Part shown: piece by piece, positions 40,367 to 53,220 of the stretch | Position numbering within the stretch: position 1 is the stretch's first letter | How the letters are laid out: every line of letters starts with the position of its first letter | Source: Laetmonice hystrix | Lineage: Eukaryota | DNA length: 64,000 bases | NCBI GenBank assembly: GCA_965235115.1 | Contig: OZ249438.1 | Coordinates: forward strand, 22,444,001-22,508,000 | Direction: 5' to 3' | Program-made: the position numbers and the translations under genes | Notes under the pieces: generated by a model | What the model was told of the DNA's origin: nothing | Databases searched by the model: none | What the model saw: the letters and a program-made list of their open reading frames with translations, nothing else

Positions 40367-42384
40367 GGCGATATGACATGGGTGTACCTCTAACGTGGGA
40401 GAGAAGGTCGGCTGACCACGTGACTGAGGTAGACATAGCAGGCGATTGTTATATGACATGGGTGTACGTCTAACGTGGGAGAGAAGGTGGGCTGACCACG
40501 TGACTGAGGTAGACATAGCAGGCGATTGTTATATGACATGGGTGTACCTCTCTAACGTGGGAGAGAAGGTCGGCTGACCACGTGACTGAGGTAGACATAG
40601 CAGGCGATTGTTATATGACATGGGTGTACCTCTCTAACGTGGGAGAGAAGGTCGGCTGACCACGTGACTGAGGTAGACATAGCAGACGATTGTTATATGA
40701 CATGGGTGTACCTCTCTAACGTGGGAGAGAAGGTCGACTGACCACGTGACTGAGGTAGACATAGCAGGCGATTGTTATATGACATGGGTGTACCTCTCTA
40801 ACGTGGGAGAGAAGGTCGGCTGACCACGTGACTGAGGTAGACATAGCAGGCGATTGTTATATGACATGGGTGTACCTCTCTAACGTGGGAGAGAAGGTCG
40901 GCTGACCACGTGACTGAGGTAGACATAGCAGACGATTGTTATATGACATGGGTGTACCTCTCTAACGTGGGAGAGAAGGTCGACTGACCACGTGACTGAG
41001 GTAGACATAGCAGGCGATTGTTATATGACATGGGTGGACCTCTCTAACGTGGGAGAGAAGGTCGGCTGACCACGTGACTGAGGTAGACATAGCAGGCGAT
41101 TGTTATATGACATGGGTGGACCTCTCTAACGTGGGAGAGAAGGTCGGCTGACCACGTGACTGAGGTAGACATAGCAGGCGATTGTTATATGACATGGGTG
41201 GACCTCTCTAACGTGGGAGAGAAGGTCTGCTGACCACGTGACTGAGGTAGACATAGCAGGCCATTGTTATATGACATGGGTGTACCTCTCTAACGTGGGA
41301 GAGAAGGTCTGCTGACCACGTGACTGAGGTAGACATAGCAGGCGATTGTTATATGACATGGGTGTACCTCTCTAACGTGGGAGAGAAGGTCGGCTGACCA
41401 CGTGACTGAGGTAGACATAGCAGGCGATTGTTATATGACATGGGTGGACCTCTAACGTGAGAGAGAAGGTCGGCTGACCACGTGACTGAGGTAGACATAG
41501 CAGGCGATTGTTATATGACATGGGTGGACCTCTCTAACGTGGGAGAGAAGGTCGGCTGACCACGTGACTGAGGTAGACATAGCAGGCGATTGTTATATGA
41601 CATGGGTGGACCTCTCACGTGGGAGAGAAGGTCGGCTGACCACGTGACTGAGGTAGACATAGCAGACGATTGTTATATGACATGGGTGGACCTCTCTAAC
41701 GTGGGAGAGAAGGTCGGCTGACCACGTGACTGAGGTAGACATAGCAGGCGATTGTTATATGACATGGGTGGACCTCTCACGTGGGAGAGAAGGTCGGCTG
41801 ACCACGTGACTGAGGTAGACATAGCAGACGATTGTTATATGACATGGGTGGACCTCTCTAACGTGGGAGAGAAGGTCGGCTGACCACGTGACTGAGGTAG
41901 ACATAGCAGGCGATTGTTATATGACATGGGTGGACCTCTCACGTGGGAGAGAAGGTCGGCTGACCACGTGACTGAGGTAGACATAGTAGACGATTGTTAT
42001 ATGACATGGGTGGACCTCTCTAACGTGGGAGAGAAGGTCGGCTGACCACGTGACTGAGGTAGACATAGCAGGCGATTGTTATATGACATGGGTGGACCTC
42101 TCACGTGGGAGAGAAGGTCGGCTGACCACGTGACTGAGGTAGACATAGCAGGCGATTGTTATATGACATGGGTGGACCTCTAACGTGGGAGAGAAGGTCG
42201 GCTGACCACGTGACTGAGGTAGACATAGCAGGCGATTGTTATATGACATGGGTGGACCTCTCTAACGTGGGAGAGAAGGTCGGCTGACCACGTGACTGAG
42301 GTAGACATAGCAGGCGATTGTTATATGACATGGGTGGACCTCTAACGCGGGAGAGAAGGTCGGCTGACCACGTGACTGAGGTAG
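40367..42384. repeat. Minisatellite, 80-82 bp unit, 25 copies
   Basis: Unit atatgacatgggtg(t/g)acctctctaacgtgggagagaaggtcggctgaccacgtgactgaggtagacatagcaggcgattgtt; 25 copies counted from tgaggtag. Confidence 0.98.
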
Positions 42385-43586
42385 CATGCAGCATGAATGT
42401 GGCGTGCAACCCTGTGGTGACAGAAACCGATCCCAGTAAGGGACAGTCTAATTCGTCCCGGCTGATGCCCTCCAGAGGACACAACAATTAGATAGGAACA
42501 AAACATGCCCAAGTAGCTGGGACAGAAAGACGGCGGTATTGAAGTCCTAATGGGAAAACTCCGCCGGCCGTCGAAGAAGTCGATGCAAAAAGCATTAACG
42601 ATTGGAAGGCATCCCATGAAAAAAGCACAAAGAAAGTGCTCCACAGTAGCCCAGCAATATACCCTGTTTGGGGGCTACAGGTAACTAATTAGGAAATTCC
42701 TGCATTTTCACCTCGATTATTGATTTGGACGGTGAAGAGGTTTGGACACGTTCCATGCGTGCACTTTATGGCACCCGTTATTTTTCCTGTCGCTTGCAGG
42801 AAAAAGAAACTCGCCCCAAACACCGGTGTGTTTTCTCAGGCGATCACTCCGCCTGTTCTGTGATTTTCCACCCGACTTAACGGCGGATTGGGCCTGAAGT
42901 GGCAACGGCATCAGCGCCTCCATGTACTAGGATGGTGGTGGAAAGGGGTTGCAAATAAATAGGGTGGCGCGAGGGGGCGGGAACCCTGCCAAGGGGCTCC
43001 GGGAGGTGAAGGTTGCACTGTATAGCCGGGGTTAATTTTGCACCTAGGATGCCGAGGCCTCCGACCTATCTTTAATTAAACTTTCATGCTTTTATTATAC
43101 TAGGACGATGTGGGCCGGGAGAAGTGTGATCGGTAGGGGGGAACCGTTGAGGAGAGTGAAAGCGCTGCAGAAATGGTAGGCGCTGTTTGCTGATGGAAGA
43201 CCGGCTCGGATGTTTCTATAGCAAGACACCACGCAATCAAGAACAGTGGTAGGGGAATACATTGCCGGAGTTTGGCTAGTGTAACTCTAGGTGAGCCAGG
43301 TGGTGGAAAGTTTACCAAAGATCGTGACATATAGTTTATGTTTTCATGATAACTCGGGTGTTAACTTTATTATTCAGCTTTAACACCGAGTTTGTACCGT
43401 AGTAGAGTTTTGTGTCAGTTGTGACAGACTTGGATAAATCGACAAGGAGGGGAGGGGGGCTTTAGACCCATAGACCAAAGAAGACTCAAATATACTTTAT
43501 GCCCTAAAAAAGCCCATTGTGTAATTGAGAGATTGATTTAGGTCATAAGGCACGAAGGCGTGACCGACGGATGCAATATCTACGTA

Positions 43587-43716
43587 ACCTACCTAAACCT
43601 ACACTTACCTATACCTACCTATACCTAGCTACCTAGCTACCTAGCTACCTAGCTACCTAGCTACCTAGCTACCTAGCTACCTACCTACCTACCTACCTAA
43701 CTACCTACCTACCTAA
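43587..43716. repeat. Compound (CTAC)n/(CTAGCTAC)n simple repeat
   Basis: About seven ctagctac octamers flanked by ctac/ctat tetramers. Confidence 0.95.
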
Positions 43717-46700
43717 TGCAAACATACCTCAAAAGTTAATACATATATAACATCCGTCGAAATAAACATCCATTGAAATAATGGTTGCATTCGGTTAGTA
43801 CAAAAGTTGTTTTTCCCGTATCAAGCAGACACGAAAGATACCAGGTACACCCTCCCCTGGTCATATCTTTCTATGAAACCGACGCCAAGTCGCACGTAAA
43901 TCGATTCGCTTATGAATTATAAAGTTATTTATAATTGGACAATGGCGAGGCGGAGGGGACACCTTATAGACGGAGGGCGTCACAGCGGGCCAGGCTCGCG
44001 CGGGGACCAATTAGTGTTGACTTGGCCATTATGGCGAGTGCTCCGAGCCACGCAGTGCTATCACGCCACCCCGAGTGTGTGTCAGGTCGACCAGGAATGC
44101 ACGCAGAACTGATGGGTTTCTTTTGAAAATTAAATGAAAGAATCCGACAGCGGTGTCGCGCCTGACACCTTGATCTTGGCTGCTAAGGCGGAGGGATCGA
44201 CAAGTGGAACAACACCAGCGCGCATCACTCGCACTTGTCGGGGGGGGGGGAGGGGTGGAGAGGGTGGGAGGGGTGGGGGCGCCAAGGGCTGGAGATGTTG
44301 GGACTGTGGAGTAGGAAAGAGGGGGTGGGTGGGTCATTATGAAAAAGTCATTCACGTATTAATTCCTATTGCATATGGATTCACGGTCGAAGTACAAACC
44401 GACCACTTGCAAAGGTCATTCCAGCAGGCCTCCGTCGGGTCTAATAAAAGAAGAGGTTTTGGCGCCCTTGTGACATCCGATTCTGACCTTTGTTGTCAAC
44501 AGAGCTTGTCTTTACAAGAGGGGGTGGCGTCTTTGTCCTAACTGACACCAACGTGTAACTGTCATAATTATATTAGATACTAGCCGCTCAAATTTTCTTT
44601 GCAGAATACTGATTAGTTTGCGTTTTTCCCCCTATCACCAACTCAGACCGGGCGTGGGCTCTCAATGAGTGGAGTATGACAGATACTGCTAGCTGCCATG
44701 GCGGGTGCGGGCATATCGGCGAATCTCACTTTATCCTGCCGCTGCCCCCATCGTATTTGTCGCATGCCCCAAGAATAACTGACATGTTTGCTACACCCTC
44801 CACGCATCTGCCAGGATCAAAATTGAAATGAACACAGATAGTGATCAGGAACGATGACAGGCTTAAAGCGTCTTAAACACGCTGCAGCGACCACCCAGGC
44901 GAGGCGGCCGCTAACTCCGTGAATCACATGTCTCCTCTGTCGTCTGCCTGCAGTCGTCTGCTCACGGTTGACAAGGCGGGAAAGGGGATTGCAGGTCGAC
45001 TCCTGGGGCCCGCGACCCCAGCTAATATCCTAACCCTAAGCCCCGCCGTAGACTTGCACAATATCGCTCCTTCCTAGAAACCTCTCGCTAGGAGAGGCCA
45101 ATCTCTTGCCAGATTACCCCGATTCCTTCCATCTGAAATGCCTGGTTCTCTAAAAGGGGTTATCACAATTGTCCCGATATTTTGCACCTATCAGGGTAAT
45201 ATGGCTTTATTAACAATATTAGGGGCAATTAGGAAATGGTTGTCACGTGTCAAAAGTCTGACCGGATATGGAAATGTCGGCTGCTAGGTCCTCACTTCCT
45301 TGGTATGGGTAGATCTGGACACTCACACAAATGCAAACTCGTCAGCACTGACAACTTCCTCCAGCTTGTTTTTTTTTCAAAAGTGGAGCAGAGCCTGTGA
45401 AGAATATCATTTGAAAAAAAGAGAAAGAAAATCAATAACGAAAAGAAAACTGACGGAAGCAGCATTTAAGTATACAGACGTAGCCAGAGGGATTCAACAT
45501 CTGACGAGCACGTTCGCCACAACGTATCATTGTCTATATGATCAAAGCTACATTATTCAGGAAGTAGTAGTGACAGGCCTGTGCTAATCGAACAGTATTT
45601 CGACCACGATTTCAATCAGGGGACATTTGATTTCAGCCTGGCGGAGGAAGCGGAGTATAGTGGTGGATATTTCTAGTGGCTGCAGGCTGCCAATGCCACG
45701 CCGAGAGCTAGATGAGGGAAGGACGGCCGCCTTGTCGTCTTGTGTCGGCGCTAAACTTGAGAGCGCCAGCTTGCTTACATAGACGGCTAAGCTGGCAGCG
45801 CTGTGGCCATGCCTTCGGAACATGCTGGCACTTAGAGCCACCCCCTCTGCCTATTGTTCACCGCCTGCACTTAATCAAATGTAAATGTTCGATTTCAATC
45901 AAAACAGTGCCTAGAAAGAAAGGCAGGACGAGGGTACGGGGGAGGGGGGGGGGGGGGGGGGGTTGAGCGGGTGTTAGGATAGGGCGGATTAAAGTAGAAG
46001 CTGGCAGATATAAAATGCCGACAGTGGAACAGAGAGCATTCTATGGCATTGCCAGCATCGCCAGGAAGTCTCGGTCCTGGCGGCTGGGGCAGCGTATGAT
46101 TCTGAGGTCACCCGAGATGAAAGGGTTGTGCTGGGGCACGACCCTGGGCTGGAAACCCCGGGCTGGGACGAGTAAAGATGGGCGGGAGAGGGGGGGGGGG
46201 CAGGGAGGGGGTGCTCTCTACCTTCAATGTCGATTGTGGAATGATTACTTAAGGGAGGCGACTGATCGTTAGGGACATGATTGAACTTTACCGGGGCTTC
46301 AGTCGACTGGTCAAATGGCTTTGCTGCCTGAAGGAAACGACAGACGGCCATCTATATAAAGCAGCCTTTTAACAAAAAATACCGGAGTTCCTGCACACTA
46401 TGTAACATTTCCCTCAAGCCTGAGAGGAAAGGATAATTGTGGCGTTTCCTTATGGATATTAATGCCTGGGAATGAAGCTTGTGCTCACTATGTATATAGA
46501 TCAGTGCCTCTGTCCACAAATCACCGTCGCGTGATTGTAATGAATATCACAGGACTCTATTAGTGGCGATAATCCTGACAAATAATCTACGTAAATGGCG
46601 CTGCAACTACCGCCTTATTCTATGAGTAGATGAGACAACCCCTCCACCCCCACCCAACACATACACATATATACCCAGGCATTGTTATATATGTCAGTCG

Positions 46701-49700
46701 AGACGTTCAGCATACAGTCAACATATATATCGTGTCTCTGTACGGGGACACAGAAAATATAATTTATTTCTTCTTTCGCCATTCGTCCGCTTTATTTATT
46801 GATCTGAAAATCCAAGAAGCTGAAAATATATTATAGGGCGCCTCTGTATCTGACTGTGGATGGTTGGGATTGGGCGGGTGTGGGTGTGGGTGGGTGTGGG
46901 TGTGGGGGTCTCAGACGGCTGACGTTATCAGGCTGATAGAGGGTCAGGCGGGAAAACCCAATTATTATAACAAACTCCAGGAGACAATATCATGGTAACA
47001 CCGATGCCGACTCCATCTCCCGTCCCTACATTACCGTGATAGGGTTTCCGTCCATATACCTCCCTTCATGCAGATAAGAAAAATTAGCCTGATTACATCT
47101 GTCGGAAGGCGCGGTGCCGAATGTTTGCTTATGGGATGTATATAATAAAAATAGAGCTCGGATTGGAAGATTGGGGTGGGGCGGGGGCTGGGGGATTTGG
47201 TTGTAGCTGTGGGGGACGGGGGGTGCGGGTGGGGGGAGGATGGGGGGGGGGGGTTATCCCGGGGGGTGTTTCAGTCTGCTTCAGAATGTCAACAAAAGAT
47301 GCCGGTGCACGAGGCGACGCCAGCAGTTGAAGGATAGAGCAGCGCGGCACGTCGTTTAAGTGATGTTGTCACATGTGGAGGGGCTTGTGGTGACAACATA
47401 CACCCCTGGTTGCTTGATTGCGGCGACGGTGCTAAGACGTGGCGATCGAGGCACGTCCGTCCCTGAAGACAACGGCCATGGACTGGAGGTAGGGGCCCGC
47501 CTCTCGGCCCGCTATACCCACCGCCTGCCCGCCTCGCCGCTGTCAGTTCACCGACGTGTGTGCCCATTAACCGAGACAACCTTAATGCCCGACTCAAATT
47601 CCATCTTCTCCGAGCCGTTCAAATTACGTAAGACATAGACACAAGACGGCCATTGTCTCTGAGAAAGGGCAGGCGGAGGTGTTGTGGTATTTTCACCTGT
47701 GTTGTCTTGTGTCAGGTCACTCGCCCATCCCCGGACGTGGCCGACAGGAGGTGTCGGGCGCTCGGCGTCTGGAGTGGCATCTTCTCCAGGGGGCAGGCGG
47801 ACACGGGCTGGATGGCAGCCGTGGAGTGGGCGCGCGAGAGGTGCCACTACAAAGGAGGTGTTGGATCACACCTACTACTGGCTGTCATGTCGAGAGGTGT
47901 AACCGCCGGGCGGTGGCCGGTGGGTAGGCGGGCCTGTTCCCGGGACCCCTTCCTTCCATCGCTCGGTCGGTCGCCTTCCCGCTCGCCCGGCTGGAATCGG
48001 ATGCAGGTGACGGCATTCAGCAACACTGGCTGCGCTTCATCATCAATCAGCATCAGTGAGGATGACTTCATCCGATCTCAGTCGGAACAGCAAGCGGGGG
48101 GCTAGCTGGCAAGCAGGCATGCATTCACCATCGACTCGCTAGTTTTTTTTTTCGCCCTCTTTCTCTCTCCCTCATCAACCCCCCCCCCCACCCCCACCCC
48201 AGCATTAAAAGCACGCTGTGCGTTCTGCACCCTTCATCGCATCATATTGTTTCGGGGCAATATCCCGATGTCAGCGGTTTGATTCGACATGGCGTTACGG
48301 AAGGCGGACGTCGACGGACGAGAGCGGACATCGGGGCCATATGTCAACCCAACGCGCTCCCTTAAAAGCTGCTTTATGTCAACTTTCGATGGATGCAACG
48401 TGATATATGCTTCAAAATGTCCCGATAGCTCGGAATTTTATTGAGTATCTTTCAAACCAGAGAGACATTTCTCAGCATATTTCACGGCTTTCAACACACA
48501 CACACACACCCCTCTTTCCAACAAGCGGGCAGCCCTATGTCTATAGAGGCGAAAGGCTTGTCAACCATCGATTCCTTGACTTCAAACCAACTATAAAATC
48601 TCGGCCTTTAACATGTCGCCACGCGCAGCACAGATCACATCCCAGAGCCGTATGTAGGCAACATGAGTTTGAAATCGCACTTTTCTTTTGAAGTATAAGA
48701 GGGGAACGACCAGGCAAAGTGACGTGTCGCCTTACCCAGTGGAGCAACAGCTTACATGTAGACGCCCGTCACGAGAACCGGCCAACTAGAACATGTCCCG
48801 AAAATAAACCCTCCATTCCTCGTTATTTTCACACCGATGCCTTTTGTCTTTTATTTGGGAAGCTCCCCAGGCATTGGCCGAGGACGGTTTTCAGTAACTA
48901 ACACTATCAGACGGCTTACACACCGTTTGATCTATGTTGGTAGAAGAAGAGAGATCTGAAGTAATCTAGCCCACAGCAAAGATGGCGTCCAGCAATTGGT
49001 AAGCAGTCAGAAGGTCACGCCAACATCCGACATCCGGCGACTGGCATATATTTCCTCTCAGTGCTGGGGAATACTGTCCTGTCCTCTATAAGGCGGACAT
49101 CTCAGACATCAAAGTCATGTGATGACAAGTTGTTGTTTATAGTGGAGTATCTTTATAATGGTCACTGGATCCTGGATTGCGGATACTGGGACTAATATTA
49201 TTATTATTATTATTATTGGAAAACATGTCACAGGCGCATCTTCTATAATCCATTCTCCATCGTCCTGCATCCGCGATAAACAAATCTCCATCATATCTTC
49301 TGAATATTTCATGAACATGCCCCAATTCACAGGACGCGAAAAGTAAAGGGCATCTCACCGAGAGACACATATATCGTAGCTATTGTGTCAGATTCACTCG
49401 ATTGCAACATATAAGAACATTCCTGATATTGACTCCTTTCCGAGTAGATCTTGTATATACTTTAAACATTCAATGCGCCTCCTGGGGGAGGATACGCTAT
49501 GTTAAGCCTTTGTGAGTTACGTCAACAAATTGCTGTAGTGTAAACTCTAAGTGTCATTGACATTTGTATTTATGCAGGTTTTCATGAATCATGCCCAATC
49601 TATCAAGAGATACATGCATATATAACGATACATGCATATATTGATCCGTGTAACGTACAAAATACACCCGTATTATGAACGTCTGCATGTATGCCCATAC

Positions 49701-50256
49701 AGTCTCAAACATTATGAAAACATTCGTACATAGTCAATACCTATGAGATCATCAAAACACGGGCTGGAATTCAAGATTGTTGTCCTAGTCTGCGTGCATA
49801 ACGATTTCTACTTCTGGAAGGACAGCAAAGTTTAAAACTTGAAACATGCATGCATGCATGAACGTGGTCTTGCCACTGTAACTCGCCTCCCGAGGAGCAG
49901 TCTCCGAAGGCATGTCTCGGAGCGCGTTCGCGGGGCCGAGTTTTAATTAGTGGTCTTCCCATTGTGTGCAAATATTTGGAAACGCCTCGATTTACACGGA
50001 TTTAAACGGCAGCTTGATTTTGCCACAGCCTTTGGACACGTGATACCAACTCGTGAATGCAGGCGGGAAGATATGTGTTCTTTATTTAAGGTGAGACCTT
50101 GAACGGTTTGTGATGAGTTTGAGGTGAAGCAAAGACCAAGTGTTGGCTTGTCTGTCATTTTACATAAATTAAAATATTTTATACCATAATGTTCTATTCT
50201 GGTTTATGTTCAAGACTATGTATGTCCGGCCGGAAATGAGCGTTAACGTGATGGAT

Positions 50257-51726
50257 TAGATCTGTTCCCTGATCCCATTCCCCAGACTAGTTAGATCTGT
50301 TCCCTGATCCCATTCCCCAGACTAGTTAGATCTGACCCCTGATCCCATTCCCCAGACTAGTTAGATCTGATCCCTGATCCCATTCCCCAGACTAGTTAGA
50401 TCTGATCCCTGATCCCATTCCCCAGACTAGTTAGATCTGGTACCTGATCCCATTCCCCAGACTAGTTAGATCTGATCCCTGATCCCATTCCCCAGACTAG
50501 TTAGATCTGATCCCTGATCCCATTCCCTAGACTAGTTAGATCTGATCCCTGATCCCATTCCCCAAACGTGACGAGTTAGATCTGATCCCTGATCCCATAC
50601 CCCAGACTAGTTAGATCTGATCCCTGATCCCATTCCCCAGACCAGTTAGATCTGATCCCTGATCTCATTCCACAGACTAGTTAGATCTGATCCCTGATCC
50701 CATTCCCCAGACTAGTTAGATCTGGTACCTGATCCCATTCCCCAGACTAGTTAGATCTGATCCCTGATCTCATTCCACAGACTAGTTAGATCTGATCCCT
50801 GATCCCATTCACAAGACGTGACGATTTACATCTGATCCCTGATCCCATTCCCCAGACTAGTTAGATCTGATCCCTGATCCCATTACTCAGACGTGACGAT
50901 TTACATCTGATCCCTGATCCCATTCCCCAGACGTGACTAGTTAGATCTGATCCCTGATCCCATTCCCCAGACCAGTTAGATCTGATCCCTGATCTCATTC
51001 CACAGACTAGTTAGATCTGATCCCTGATCCCATTCCCCAGACCAGTTAGATCTGATCCCTGATCTCATTCCACAGACTAGTTAGATCTGATCCCTGATCT
51101 CACTCCATAGACTAGTTAGATCTGATCCCTGATCCCATTCACAAGACGTGACGATTTACATCTGATCCCTGATCCCATTCCCCAGACTAGTTAGATCTGA
51201 TCCCTGATCCCATACCCGAGACTAGTTAGATCTGATCCCTGATCCCATTACTCAGACGTGACGATTTACATCTGATCCCTGGTCCCATTCCCCAAACGTG
51301 ACTAGTTAGATCTGATCCCTGATCCCATTCCCCAGACTAATTAGATTTGATCCCTGATCCCATACCCCAGACTAGTTAGATCTGATCCCTGATCCCATTC
51401 CTCAGACATGACGATTTACATCTGATCCCTGATCCCATTCCCCAGACGTGACTAGTTAGATCTGCTCCCTGATCCCATACCCCAGACTAGTTAGATCTGA
51501 TCCCTGATCCCATTCCCCAGACTAGTTAGATCTGATCCCTGATCCCATACCCCAGACTAGTTAGATCTGATCCCTGATCCCATTCCTCAGACTAGTTAGA
51601 TCTGATCCCTGATCCCATTCCTCAAAAGTGACGATTTACATCTGATCCCTGATCCCATTCCCCAGACGTGACGATTTACATCTGATCCCTGATCCTATTC
51701 CCAAAACGTGACGAGTTAGATCTGAC
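50257..51726. repeat. Minisatellite, 35 bp (39-bp variants), ~40 copies
   Basis: Unit actagttagatctgatccctgatcccattccccag; variants insert acgtg and carry acgatttacatct. Confidence 0.97.
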
Positions 51727-52455
51727 CTTGATCCTCGATCGCAGATTATACTTGGATAAGATCCGACCTCAGTCTCATCACAGATCTGTTAGAGCAGGCC
51801 TCTGATCCTACATCCCTCAACTTTTGGATTTCGGGCTATACCTGCTCGCCACTATGATATCGGACTATCAATTCGGTCCCTGATCCTGCAGAATGGAGCA
51901 ATGTCGACCTAGATCTGATCCCCTGATATGTACGATTATTATTATTTAGAATTTAATTTTTTTTTACTTCTGATCTAAAGCTAGTACACCAGCCTGGTGA
52001 AAGATACCATGGGGTGAAGAAAGAATTCTTGAGAGTTGGAGCGAAATCATTTATTGTGATGAGAAATAATACTATCCATCCTGCATGGCTTCGAGTCAGG
52101 TCGAATGACAACATGCCGCATGTACTGTATATAAACTGGTGTCGACCATCGTCAGCCAACAACTCGGATAACGTTCAGCTCTGTCCACCATATCAACACA
52201 TAAAAACCTCCACCATAGCCCCTGCGGCCTTTATTATGAATAAGCATTCATCATCAGAGCGCCAAATCAGGTCCAATGAAGTCAATTTGAAGAACTGGGA
52301 ATAAAAAAAAGTGAACTAGAGGGTGTGCGACAGGCCTGTCGACCCGAAGTGGGCGTTGGACCGACGGTGATTCGGTCTAATCCGTCGCCATCCATCACTC
52401 AGCCAACATGCAGGCCGGGGGCTCGGGCGGTGGGTGGGACGGGGAGGGGGGCGCC

Positions 52456-53220
52456 TGGACCCGGCCGTGGACTGGGCCGTGCCAGGCATGGATCCAGCCT
52501 TGGACCAAGATATAGATCCAGCCATGGACTGGCCCGTGTCAGGCATGGATCCGGCCGTGGACTGGGCTGTGCCAGGCATGGATCCGGCCGTGGACCAAGA
52601 TATAGATCTAGCCATGGACTGGGCCGTGCCAGGCATGGATCCGTCCATGGACCGGGCCGTGCCAGGCATGGATCCGGCCATGGACTGGGCCGTGCCAGGC
52701 ATGGATCCAGCCTTGGACCAAGATATAGATCTAGCCATGGACTGGGCCGTGCCAGGCATGGATCCAGCCTTGGACCAAGATATAGATCTAGCCATGGACT
52801 GGGCCGTGCCAGGCATGGATCCGTCCATGGACCGGGCCGTGCCAGGCATGGATCCGGCCGTGGACTGGGCCGTGCCCAGCATGGATCCGTCCATGGACCG
52901 GGCCGTGCCAGGCATGGATCCGGACGTGGACGTGCCAGGCATGGATCCGGCCGTGGACCGGGCCGTGCCAGGCATGGATCCGGCCGTGGACCGGGCCGTG
53001 CCAGGCATGGATCCGGCCGTGGACTGGGCCGTGCCAGGCATGGATCCAGCCGTGGACTGGGTTGTGGAACCAGTCATGGATCCGTCCGTGGACCAAGATA
53101 TAGATCCGGCCGGGGACTGGACCGTGGAGCCCAGCATGGACCTGACCGTGGACTTGATCGTGGACTGGGCCGGCCAGGTCCATGCCTGGACCCAAGCGTG
53201 GACCTATCCCTGCATGGACA
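52456..53220. repeat. GC-rich composite tandem repeat (33-, 24-, 27- and 36-bp units), all multiples of 3; possibly coding
   Basis: Main unit ccgtggactgggccgtgccaggcatggatccgg, interspersed with a 24-bp ccttggaccaagatatagatc unit. Three of six frames are open throughout. Confidence 0.95.

Noticed and set aside
43546-43554. TAAGGCACG matching the first 9 nt of miR-124
   Set aside because: Match stops at nt 9 and there is no precursor hairpin.
47363-47399. 10-bp perfect inverted repeat ATGTTGTCAC/GTGACAACAT
   Set aside because: Chance-level for this length and spacer; no TSD or internal pairing.
47712-48071. Minus-strand 74-aa ORF plus in-frame 44-aa continuation after TAG (readthrough or terminal exon)
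   Set aside because: No readthrough context, the implied intron is only ~25 nt, no homology is recognised, and GC-rich DNA gives open frames easily.
52230-52260. Hammerhead-like CTGATGA followed by a small stem on the minus strand
   Set aside because: The required GAAA after stem II and stems I/III are absent; other CTGATGA sites also failed.
52262-52300. Peptide LQIDFIGP resembling a retroelement integrase motif
   Set aside because: Stop follows within five codons and no other integrase or RT motif lies nearby.
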